From the human T2T-CHM13v2.0 reference genome, Homo sapiens, in assembly GCF_009914755.1 (NCBI RefSeq), contig NC_060946.1: a stretch of 64,000 bases of DNA; one strand, given 5' to 3'. The position numbers and the translations under genes are program-made. The notes beneath the pieces are model-generated. The model did not search any database. It saw only the letters and a program-made list of their open reading frames with translations, and was not told the DNA's origin. Shown piece by piece: positions 49,926 through 64,000 of the stretch. Each line of letters opens with the position of its first letter. The stretch's first letter is position 1.

Positions 49926-50884
49926 GATAGGACATTTCTTTTTATCACCACGATTCCTCTTGGGGAGCTGATGTGGAGCAGAGAGGGAGCCAGGTGGTGC
50001 TGGGCATGCAGGGAGAGGTGTACTGTGAAAAATGATAGCCAAGGGCAGAGGTGGAGCTGGCAGGTGCCACCGTCCCCTGGCTCTGGGAGCAGCAAGTTGG
50101 CTGTGACTGTGATGTTTGGTTTCAGAGGGCTAAGGGAGCAGGTGCATTGGTTGCTCTGCCACTGGGGTCTCCACTGCAACATGGGGCTCCAGAGCAAGAG
50201 ACTTTGATTTAAGTCCCAGCCTCCTCACAGGTCTGATGGTCTGATGGTGTTTGCCTCTCCCAGGACAGCTGCCTCATTGGGAAAATGGGAATAATAACAA
50301 TGACACCTACAATGCATGGTAGTTGTGAGTCTTTGGGCTCAAGTGTGTAAAGCACCCAGTTGTGAGAAACACCCATAGGTGTCTCTTGAATGAATGAACA
50401 AACCTACTGTGTGCCAGGCTCAGTGCAGGAAAGACAGTCCTGGATTTGAATCTTGCCCTGCCATTTCTAAGCCTTGTGCTCTCGGGCAAGTCATTTCACC
50501 TGACCGGAACTCAGTTTCCTCATCTGTAAAGTAAAGAGGGTAATTGTACTCATTTCACAGAAATACTATGGAGATTAGATGAGATCATACCCCCAGGCAT
50601 GGTGCCAGGCACTCAGTAAACAACATTTTATAAATAAATGCTGGCTATGACGACTTAAGACAAATGTATAAAGCACTGAGCATGCAGCAAATGTTTTAAA
50701 TGTATTGTTTTGCCAGGCGCGGTGGCTCGCACCTGTAATCCCAGCACTTTGGGAGGCTGAGGCAGGCAGATCACGAGGTCAGGAGGTTGAGATATCCTGG
50801 CTAACATGGTGAAACCCTGTCTCTAATAAAAATACAAAAAATTAGCTGGGCGTGTTGGCAGGTGCCTGTAGTCCCAGCTACTCA

Positions 50885-51150
<266 letters not shown>

Positions 51151-52769
51151 TTAACCAGGCAAGGTGGTGCGTACCTATAGTCCCAGCTACTCGGGAGGCT
51201 GAGGCGGGAGGATTGTTTGAGCCCAGGAGTTCGAGGCTGCCGTGAGCCATGATCGCGTCACTGTACTCCAGCCTGGGCAACACACTCTGTCCCTAAAAAT
51301 ATATTTAAATAAATAAATGTATTATCTTACGCCAGTGAGGCAGATGCTGATATCACCCATTTCACAGATGGGAAAGCTGAGGTTCAGAGAAGGGACAGGA
51401 TTTACCCAAGATCATGCATGGATAAGCTGGGATTGGGATTCTGGGAGTCTGATTCCAGAGCCTGATGCAGCAGGTGTTACTCTAGGAGCTCAGAAGATGG
51501 GCAACCTGCATGGAGTGCTGGGTTCAGGAGGGAATGCGGAGAGGGGCACGTGACTTGGCCCTGCAGGACTGGGGGATTTTTCCAGAGCTGGAGACAGAGC
51601 TAGGAATGGGTGAGGATATCAAGTGGAGGGGACTGCATGGGCAAGGACCAGGAGGTGGGAGTCACCTGGGTCACACAGAAGGAATGGCACATGTGACCAG
51701 AGCCTAGGGTGTGGGAAGGGAAAGAGACAGGATTTAGCAGGGAAGGAAGGATTGGCCACAGCATAGAACCAGGCACAGCTTGTAGGGCTGTGGCACCGTC
51801 TCTCCCCTTCCCCACACCCCAAGTCTGTTGGTGTCTGTGCTTTGGAGCGTGCCAAAATACTCCTGTCCCCACCCCATCACCATCACCAGCCCCATTCCAA
51901 CCCCTCCCAACTGTCACCTCCTGTGTGCCTCACCCTAATAGATTTAAAAATTAAAAGCCACCAGCTCTTTCCATAGGCTGTTTCTCCCTGATACAATGTC
52001 CTTACATCTGTTCCTTCCTTTGAGCTCCACGGTGGCTATGTGGGGGCAGTCACGGGCGATTTTTTTCTCTCCTTTACAGTGGGAGAAACTGAGACCCAGA
52101 GAGTTAACATATATTTGTTCTTCAGATCTTGAGCCATCACCACCTTCAGGAAGCCCTCCCTGACCTTCCCCACTACGCTGTCAGGTCTGGTTTCTTTGTT
52201 ATTCACCTAGAACCAAGGTGCAAAGAACTGGTCTCACTTTGTAACGATTTACCCATTTTGTGATTCTGTTTATATCTTTCCATCTCCCTGGACTGTAAGG
52301 CTTGCGAGGACAGGGACCATGTCTGCTTGCTCCTCGGTGCCTGTCTCGCAGGAGCACTCGAGAAATATTGAGTGCATGAATGACAGTTTTGGTTCCTGTG
52401 ATATGTGCAGGGAAGGAGGTGTTAATGGGACATGGAAGAGGCACACTTATCCCAGCTTAGGGGATGGGGAGTCCAGGAAGGCTTCTAGGAGGAGGTGACA
52501 CCTTGGCTGAAGCCTGAGTTGCAGCTAGCCAGCTGGAGCATTCGGAGAGGGGCACCTGGCAGAAGGCACCATGTGAGCAATGGTATGGAAGTGAGCACAT
52601 AGTGCCACCTTTGGGGACCAGGGCTGAGGGTCAGTGGTCCAGGTAGGGCTGGAGATGTTGGTCCATGCAACTTATCCTGAGAGTCCCAGGTGCCTGTCAG
52701 AGCAGCAGAGTGACACAGCCTGCCTTCTGCTCCTTCCCATTGCTCCAGTGGTTTTTGAGGGACCCTTGA

Positions 52770-53133
<364 letters not shown>

Positions 53134-53425
53134 TAAAGCCACCCTGCAGGGCCCTCCAGGCATCCCAATTTAACCATCCCCTCCACTGCCAGTTTCTTCC
53201 GGAGGTAAGCGTCAGGGAGCCCATGTCATAACTGGGTGCTAGCTCAGTGGTCCTCACCCCACCTGCATGGTACTTACTCCATCTCAACCACCAGAGACCC
53301 CAGGTGGGGAGTAGAGGTGGGGCGCTCTGATTCAGCAGGCCTCAGAGGAGCAGGGGACAGCTGGCCCGGGTGATTTTTATTTAGATCTACTGGGTGCCAC
53401 AAGCACTGTGCTGGGTGCTTTAAAC

Positions 53426-53775
53426 CAGGGGTGTCTGTGGGCCAAATGCAACCTATTTGTACTTTTTAAGGGTTGTAAAAGCAAAAGATACTATGAGATA
53501 GATTGTATGTGCCTGAAAATAGGTTTGCCAGTTTTAGCAAATAGAAATTTAACAAATAAAAATAATTTGCCAGATTTGGCAAATAAAAATTCAGAATGCC
53601 TTGTTTAAATTTGAATTTCAGAGAATCAATCAATAATCCATGTAATATTTGGAGCATACCTATACTCAAAAGATTATTCTTTGTTTATCTGAAATTGACA
53701 TTTAACTGGGCACCCTGTAATTGATCAGGCAGTCCTACCCCAAACCCTAAAACATTTGCTACCCAGCCCTTTAGA
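53426..53775. mobile_element. MER58-like element with a nested palindromic MER53 (~53520-53737)
   Basis: MER53 hairpin arms tttaaatttgaatttcaga / tctgaaattgacatttaactgggc; MER58 end ccctttagagaaaaagtttt. Confidence 0.7.
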
Positions 53776-55809
53776 GAAAAAGTTTTCTGATCCCAGCTTT
53801 AAATACGTATCAATGGGATCTAGAGCCAAGGGGGCTTAGGACACTGCCTGGAACCAAGCTCAGTAAGCATTAGCTGCTGGTGTTAGTGTTACTAATGTAG
53901 TCCGATTATCGTCAGCATTTACCGAGCACCTGCTGTGTGGCCAGGCACTGTCCTGGGGGCTCAAGCTCTTCATGGGAGAGATGGATGCTAAATAGATGAG
54001 CCCAGAGATGTATAAAGAGAGGTCAAGTGCATGAGTCCTAAGGAAGAGTAAGCAGCAGAGGAAAAGGGTAGCGATGGCAGGTGTGAGGCCCTGTTTTAGA
54101 CAAGGTGATCAGGGAGGCTCTCTGAGGGGGAGATATTGGAGCTGACCACAGAATGGAGTGAGGACGTGGCTTTCTGGGGGCTACCTCTTTTCCAGCCCTC
54201 ATGGTGTGCCCGGCCCTGTTCAAGTGCTGTGTATGTTTTGCTCATGGTATCCTCGCACAGCAGCCCTATGAGGTGATGCAGGTACCATCCCCGTTACACA
54301 GATGAGGAAACTGAGGCCCAAGGTCGCCCAGCAAATGGCAGAGCTGGAGACTGACCTGTTTATGTTTTTACCCCCCTAGAGTGCCTCCCTTGATCTGGCA
54401 CCGGCTGTGTGCTGGGTCCTGTTTGAGGCTCTCTGCCTCTATTTTCTGCAATCTTTATGACAGCTCCGCACCCTGGGGCATGTAAGTCTCATCTGGGGTT
54501 CAGAGGAGTAAACCCAGCCCAGTGTGGGGAGGCAGGGATGAGAAGCAAGTTAATGTGGAACCTGGCAGGACTCAAGGTGGGCAGCGGAGGGTACCTGGGT
54601 GTGGGCAGGTGGCAGGTGAGAGGACTGGAGAAGACAGGGCAGGCCCAGGAGACCCAGAATCCCCCTTCCTGCCTCACGGATTGCCCTGGGTTTCCCTGCC
54701 TGGAATTAGCACTCACTTGCCCTGAGTCCCTCCTGAGATTAATTCTCTTTTTATGCTGTTTAAATATTTGCAGGTGGGGAGAGGGAGGGAGGGCGGGGCT
54801 GGTTTCTGAATGGTTGCAGGGTGTGGCTGGACGTGGTGGGGCAGGTGCTCAGAGGCCTGACGTGGAGGGACGGGGCTGGGCTGCAGCCTTGGAGGCCAGC
54901 TAGGTCCTGACTAGCCAGCAGGTGGGAAGCCCAGGGAAGGCGGCACTGAGCTGAAGGACGCCTCAGCAGCCGGCCGTTCACCTGATGCCCATGAGCACCT
55001 CCTGGGTAGTCCGTGTCATCTCAAGCACCTCTGTCATTTGAAGAATCCCTGCTGTGTGTCAGGCACCATCTCCAGGATCTCATTCGGGCCTCCTCACCTT
55101 ACCCCTAAGAGGGAGGGGTGCTGATTACCACCCACCTCACTTAACAGATACCCACATGACGTTGGAAACTTGCCCAACATCACACATACAGTGAATAGCT
55201 GAGGATTCGACTCCAAGTCAGTGACTCCACATTCTGGGCTCTCACTCTCTCAGCTGCCTCCTGACACCCTGTCCTTTATGCTAATTTGCTGGTTCCAAAA
55301 GGAATGAGCTCCCCATCATTGGAGGAATGCAAGCAGATGTTGGCGGACCCCTTAGAGTGGATGCTGGGGAGGGATAAAAGCCTCCTGACCACCTGGACCT
55401 TTGTGGACCCCTATCTCCTGAAAGGCCCCCTTTGGGTGTGATTGGTGCAGTCTTGGCAGGCAACCCAGGTCTCCTAACTCCCAGTGTGGTATTTCCTTTG
55501 GTCCTCAAGTTGGGAGAAGCTGAGGAATCCCTTCTCATGGGTTTCCTAGCACCTTGATTTTCAGATGACCCAGTACTGGGTGGGGCTGGAGGCAGGGCAT
55601 TAAGGCAGGCCATACAGAGAGGCCTAGGTTCGAGTTCCAGCAGTGCCCTTTCCTGGCTGTGTGACCCTGGGGAGAAATTGCATAAACTTTCTGAGGCTCA
55701 GTTTATACACCTTTAAAATGGGGATAATAATGCTCTTTTGAGGATTAAATAAGTATTCTATAAAAGCACCTGGCACGTAGAGGATGTTCAAGTAAGGAAC
55801 TTTGCAAGA

Positions 55810-56915
<1,106 letters not shown>

Positions 56916-58634
56916 TTTGTTTTTCTTTAAAAGCACATGTTCAAGTAAATATTCTCTTACTTAATCATTCGGTTCAAAACAGCCTCCAGCTTCTGCTGTG
57001 AGGCAAGGTATTCATTAGAACAAGGGCCCTGGATCTGACTCCTGCCACCTTTGAGTAACCTAGGACAGATTACGTGGGGAAAAAAAAATCTGTGCCTCAG
57101 TTTCCCCATCTATAAAATGGAATGATTTGGGGACTCACATCATCTGGGTTGTTGTGGTTATACACAGTTCCTGGAACGTAGTGAGTGTCCAGAAAAAGTG
57201 AATAATGAGCTTCACCACCATAAAGTTCCTACACACAGGCCACAGTGATCCCAGACCACCACTGCCCCTGGACCACCCCACACTCCCTGGGATCTGTCAG
57301 CCTTCAAAGTGGATCAAGCCCAAGCCCACATCTGAGAGCCTGGAATGGGGAGAGGGTGAGCTGAATTCCAGCTCTTCCTTCCAGGGCTGCCTGGCCCTCT
57401 TCCCCTGTCCACAGTCTGGTCTGTGCCCCGGGATGGGTTCGGAGGAGTGTGTGGGTGTGTGGCCTCCTCTTTCTTCCTGCATGGAGACAATGCCCTCTTC
57501 TGCAGTGTTCAAGGGTAATAACCTGTTACCCTCCTTGCTAATTAACCAGCCTTTTCAATTTCATCTCCTGGCCTCGGGCTGTCAGCTCGGGAAGATACTC
57601 TAGCCTGTAGCTGGGATATCAAACTATCCTGGGAGATATAGCCAGTAGCTGGGTAGCAAAGGTGGAAGAGGTCTTCACTTGGATCCCGACCCTCAGGCTG
57701 AGAACTACCTGCACCCTTACCCAGGTGCAGATCCATTCCCAGGGTAAGAAGGTTGCAGCCAGCTTCCTGGCTGTGTGACCTTAGGAGAGGAGCTTAACCT
57801 CTCTGAGTTTTGAGATCCACAGCTGTAAGTGGACAACCTTCTCCACTCTGCAGCGTTTGGACTTGAGACAGTGTGTGAATACTGTCATGGGGGCAACAGG
57901 AAATAGATGGCTCCCCCAAACCCAGTACGTTAAGGCAAATTTAATAAAGGGGCTATTGACTAAGGTGGGTGGGAGGAAGGATGCTGGGAGTCCACAAGGA
58001 AGGATGTAGTGCCCTGTGGCTGTTAACATTGGGAACCAGGAACCATCACCACCCCTGGGTCTGAAAGGCGGGAGGGAGAGGTTACCAGAAGGGGGCTAAG
58101 TGTATGGAGAGGGTCCCCAAACAAGAGCTGTGGCTGCCAAGTCTCTTCCTTCCTTAAGGAAGCTTGAGGTAGCTGGTTTTATATCCACTCCCACCTTCCT
58201 TTTTTCATTGTTGTTTCACTCTCCCTCTCTGCTTTTCCTTTCGCTTGAACTCTAATGAACTTTGAGCGTGCATGAGAATCACCGGGAGGGCTTGGTAAAT
58301 GCCTCCAGTAGTTGGGGAAGGGGGTTAGGATTAGCATTTGCATTTCCAGCCAGTTCCTAGGTGATGCTGATGCTGCTGGCCCATGAGTGAGCAGCTCTCC
58401 TACTGCATAGCACTTTCTCTGAACCTCTTATCTCATCTGACCCTCTGGCTCACTGCACTAAAAGCCCCTCCTGGACAGGGCTGTGATTCCTTCCCTGAGG
58501 CTCTCCACACCTTGCACCCAGTATCACAGCCCTGATTAGAGGGGCTAGGCTTCTGCATCCTGTGTGGCTGAATTTGCAGGCATTGCACCATTTGCAGCTT
58601 GTCTCTATTGACTTGGCCCAGACGGGTTCACGCT

Positions 58635-59030
58635 GCAGGTTAGTGGTCCTTGATGGAGACGGAGGTCAGCGTGCAGGAGGGTTAGGAGGAGGTGCTCTTA
58701 GGATCAACACCAGGAGGTGGAGCGCAGGTGGGTTAGGAGGAGGTGCTCTTAGGATCAACACCAGGAGGTGGAGCGAAGCAAGCAGGAGAGGCAGAGGGAG
58801 AAGTCGGGCCATGATGCAGCCTCAGGGGAAGCCTCGGCCAGCCCTGCGGGGAGTTCCAAGGGGAGCTGGGATGGCCTGTCTGAGTTATCCTGAGTTGGGG
58901 CAAAGTGGCTGGAGGTTTATACCTCACATGCAGCAGTCATTGGATGTGCACCTCCCGGGAAGGAGCAAGACCTTGGAGGAGGCTCTCTGGATACCTAAGG
59001 CAATGTCATGTCCCCCATGGGGCTGACAGC
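58635..59030 (-). mobile_element. LTR41-like ERVL LTR fragment
   Basis: gagacggaggtcagcgtgcagga...ggatcaacacc...cagtcattggatgtg resembles the LTR41 consensus as recalled. Confidence 0.5.
58673..58774. repeat. Tandem repeat, 51 bp x 2
   Basis: gcaggWgggttaggaggaggtgctcttaggatcaacaccaggaggtggagc occurs twice with 50/51 identity. Confidence 0.95.
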
Positions 59031-60237
59031 TGAGGGTCTTTGACAGTTCTGATGGGATCTGGGTGGTGCAAGGCAGCAACTACCTCATCAGCCAAATTTG
59101 GCCGAGGAGCCTGGAGGCAGTCAGGGCCTTCTCACGCTCCCTCCTCTGCCCTTTCTTCCCATCCTTGGTTCCCATGGCCCCTGTACCCCAAACTCAACTC
59201 CTTCCTCAACTCCAAAACAAAAAGCCCTCTTGATATCCTTTGAACACACAGGCCCCCAGCGGAGACACCTGCCTATGGCTTTGCCAACAGCCGGCCTGTG
59301 CGTCTTAATTTTTCTCAACCAGGCCGTCCTGTAATACAGAGAAGTAAAAGTCCCCAACGCCCCAACCTAGCGTGCACTGAAATGAAGAATCAACACATCA
59401 GTGTTGTTACCCTCCAGGTGCAGTGGTTAGAAAGAGGAAGGGGAAGAGACTGTTTGTTCTGTGCTGTATCACTGAGTCCTAGAGAGGAGGCCTAGGTTGG
59501 CTGGGTGCATCATTCATCCCACCCAGAGAGTCGGGGCAGCAGACGTCTGCAGGGAGGCCCCCCGGAATCCTGGCTCCCTGGCTCAGCCCGTGGCTGTCTT
59601 GGGGCAGGCACTCCCTCAGCTGTCCAACACAGTCCTGGGGTTTGGAGATTTGATGAGTTAGTTCATCTGATCCCTAGATCTGGGTCAGTGTGTGGTGGGA
59701 AGAGGCTTCCCTTAGAATCAGATTGACCAGGGTTTAAACCTCAGATTTGTTGATGATCTTGGGCACCTAGTAACCAACATCCCTGATCTTTAGTGATAGT
59801 AACTCCCTGGGGCATATGTTATGAGGATTCTGTTTGCTCGCCATGTCTGTGTGGCAAGTGCCGGGCACATATAGATAAGAGGGTTAGTGTTATTTTCAGA
59901 GATAGTCATTGGCTGAAGCTTCTAGAGGTGCAGTTAAGAGCGTGGGTTTAGCTTCCATTTCTGCCCACTATTTACTATATGACCTTGGGCATGTTACTTA
60001 ATCTTTCCTTAATCTTTCTGCCCCTCGGTCTCATCATCTGAGAACTAGGTATGAAATAGAAACTGTCCTCACAGCACTGTGGAGAGGGCATAATGAGCGA
60101 ATAATACAGATCAAACAAACCTAGATGCCATCTGTTAGCTGAGTCTGGCACACGAGAAGGGCTTGGTCAGAGGGAGAGATGATGAAGATGATGAGGATGA
60201 TGAATATGATGGTCATGGTGGTGCCATCAGTGGATCT

Positions 60238-61239
<1,002 letters not shown>

Positions 61240-61875
61240 TTAAGCCCATAGCGATGGGGGAGGTGACATTTTGCATGATGAGATTCCCGAGGGTGGAAGA
61301 GGCACGACAAAGGAAAGGAATGGAGAATGAAGGCATGCTAGACAGTGGGAGGTAGGCACATCTTTGAGGCCAGAGGAATAAGTGGGGACACCCTGAAGGG
61401 TGGTGCTCACTTGAGGGCGTCTGCTAGTTGGTGACAGAGCTAGAACTTTCCAAGGTTGGCAGCTCCTCTTCCCACCCTCTCACCATGTGCTCTGGAGAAA
61501 GCTAGGGGTTTGCCACATGTCCTGAGCAAGCTCATGGCTTCCTTTTGTGGAGAGAACAGATGGGGCCCAGTAGCCTCTGCTCACTATGAGGGAGGACACA
61601 GGCAGGTGGCCGCGCTCCTGCATCAGAGCCTCTCTGGAGGTGACAGCAGATGGTTGCCTCCAAGGAACAGGATGTTGGCAGGATGGCTACAACCTTAAGA
61701 GAGGGCCAGCCACTGTGTATGGGAGTTGTCAGTCACGTCAGCACTGACCCTGAGAGCTGTCCCCGACTGCAGACCACCTAAGTAGGCCGTCTGGGCCATG
61801 ACTCAGGATACAGGAGCAGTTTCCTTGGCTGGAGCTGCGAAGTAGACCAGCCTGCTGGAGCCAAACATTCTTGTG

Positions 61876-62081
61876 CAGGGTTGGCCCTCGGGCCAAATCC
61901 AGCCTTCCACTGGTTTTTGTGAATAAAGTTTTATTGGGACACAGCCATGCCCATTCATTTATGTATTATCTATGGCTGCTTTCATGCTACAAGGGCAGAG
62001 TTTAATAGTTGACATGGAGATCATATTACCCACAAAGCAGACATTATTTACTCTGTAGACCTTTACAGAAAAAGTTTGCCG
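61876..62081 (+). mobile_element. MER58A
   Basis: gggccaaatccagcc...aataaagttttattgggacacagccatgcccattcattta...ctttacagaaaaagtttgccg. Confidence 0.85.
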
Positions 62082-63479
62082 GGTACATGGAATGGGCAGC
62101 TTGAACGACATAAACTGATTTTCTCACAGCTCTGGAGATAGGAATCAAAGATCAAGGTGTCTACAGGACCACTTCCTTCTGAACTCTGTGAGGGAAGGAT
62201 CTGATCCAAGTCTCCCTCCTTGGCTTATAGGTGGCCATCTTCTCCCTGATCTTCACATGATCTTCACTTTGTATATACGTCTAAATTTCCTTTTTTTTTT
62301 TTATTGTGACGGAGTTTCATTCTTGTTGCCCAGGCTGGTCCTCTGTTTTGGAGTCTGAAGTCTTAGATGTCAGGCCTGGCCCTGGATCTTCCTGGTTATG
62401 CTGATTTAGAGGAATGTCCCCTGCCCTCTGAGTCTCAATTGCCTCCTCTGCCAGCGGGGATTGTATTCGCCTGATGTTGTGAGGCAAGGTAGGCTGGAGA
62501 GAGCTTTGCAAACTGCGACTCACTCAAGACATACGTTATTCTCTGCGTTCAACCTGCCTATTGCCTCCTCCCCCTCCTTTCCTCCTAGGCAAAACTCTTT
62601 TCATACCTGCTCCATACTGCCCTTGGTGGTGATGTTTCCCCCTGCAAAGTTAATTTTGCTGTTTCTTCTTAACTTGATTTTTACCTGCATAAACATGCCT
62701 GATGCAGGGAGGTGGGATGCACAGACCAGATGTAACTTGTTCCAGGGCAGCGGGGGTGTCTCTGTCATCATTATTCAAATGCTACTGATTGTTGAGCACA
62801 CACCGTGTACCAAGCCCTATGCTAAATGCTTTACCTGCGTCGCCTCATCTAAACCTCCCCATTCATTCAACAGATAGATATTGAGTGCATGCTCTGTGCC
62901 AGGCCCTCTGCTGGGTCTTGGGAGTAGAGCACCACCAGATGGCAGGATGAATTCCTGACCTCATAGAGCGTAGAGGCCATTACATCAGAGAGTTAGGGAA
63001 TAAGGTAAATAAGCAAAATCATGTAGCGTGGTGGACATGTGAAGGACTATGGAGAGAAAAAAGGCAGAAAAAGGGGTATGTTGGGTACCAAGTGGGGTGC
63101 AGGTTGGGGAGTTGCAATTTTAAATAGGATCGTCAGGGAAGGTGACATTTGAAGAAAGAGTTGAGATTGCTGGGAAAAGAGCATTCCAGGCAAAGGGAAC
63201 AGGAATTGCAGAGGACATGAGATGGGCTCTGCCCACGGAGCTGGGCAAGCAGCAAGGAGGCCTGTGTGTGTAGAGCAGGTGTTGGGATGGGGGAGAGGGG
63301 CTTGGGAGGTCAGCAGAGGGGCCTCCTTGTGTGAGGTGGTGAGGACTTGGGTTGTCACTCTGGGTGAGACGGGAGCCATGGAAGAGTTCTGGGCAGAGGA
63401 GGGACGTGGTTTGATAGAACTTTTCTTTAACTGAAAAATATTCATTTATTTATACTATGTGAACATATACCATATGCAC

Positions 63480-64000
63480 ATTTTAAAATGGTAAAATATA
63501 CATAATATAAAATGTGCCTTCTTAACCATTTTTAAGTGTACAATTCAGTCTTGAGTACATTTACATTCTTGTGTGCCAACCTCCAGATCTCTTTTCGAAA
63601 GATAAACTCTATATCCATTAAATAATACCTCCCCATTTCTCCTCTCCCCAGCCCCTGGCAACCACCATTCTCCTTTCTTTCTCTTTAAATTTGACTACTC
63701 TAAGTACCTCTTATAAGTGGAATCATGCAGCATTTGTTATTTTGCGTCTAGATTATTTCACTTAGCACAGCGTCCTCAAGGTTCATTCGTATTTTGGCAT
63801 GTGTCAGAATTTCCTTCCTTTTTAAGGCTGGATAGTATTCCATTGTGTGTGTAGACCACATTTTGTCTATCCATTCAGCCATCGAAGGACACTTGGGTTG
63901 TTTCCACCTTTTGGCTACCGTGAATAATAGTGCTGTGAACATGGGTATACAAATATGACTTTGAGACTCTGCCTTCAGTTCTTTTGGGTGTATGCCCAGA
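63480..64000 (-). mobile_element. L1MA/L1MB 3' end (runs off the window)
   Basis: ccccagcccctggcaaccaccattc...ataagtggaatcat...ccacattttgtctatccattca. The minus-strand ORF 63748-63942 is L1 ORF2 C-terminus-like. Confidence 0.85.

Noticed and set aside
53520-53737. MER53 hairpin as a miR-1302-type precursor
   Set aside because: The arm corresponding to the mature miRNA is diverged (ttggagcatacctatactc) and the opposite arm is partly deleted, so there is no support for a miRNA.
58562-59026. 154-aa ORF with a repeated AGGLGGGALRINTRRWS motif; also considered as a CRISPR-like repeat
   Set aside because: The repeat is the 51-bp tandem duplication in an LTR. There are only two adjacent units, no spacers, a eukaryotic context and a non-ATG start.

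Overview
Primate (almost certainly human) genomic DNA that is very repeat-dense. It holds about 60 Alu copies or fragments (roughly 42 in the first 33 kb), fragmented old L1s, L2/MIR, several solo LTRs and MER DNA-transposon relics. The only protein-coding sequence I can support is the 5' end of SGSM1 (RUTBC2, 22q11.23) on the + strand. It has a CpG-island promoter at ~33.4-34.2 kb, a 19-nt coding exon 1 segment and a 44-nt exon 2, together encoding MASAPAEAETRQRLLRTVKKE. The rest of the window is SGSM1 intron 2; I did not find exon 3. From recalled gene order, PIWIL3 lies head-to-head roughly 31 kb upstream, so its non-coding 5' end probably maps to the LTR/Alu complex at ~1.5-3.8 kb; this is inference. 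Nearly all ORFs in the supplied track are Alu, L1 or low-complexity artefacts. I see no evidence for a wholly new multi-gene system. The most interesting signals are a possible retroelement-built PIWIL3 first exon with an LTR8A-like promoter lacking its R/U5 half, a mosaic Alu sharing private tracts with two neighbouring Alus, five short local duplications, and an RFX X-box pair in SGSM1 intron 2. Repeat subfamily names come from remembered consensus sequences and repeat boundaries are approximate.
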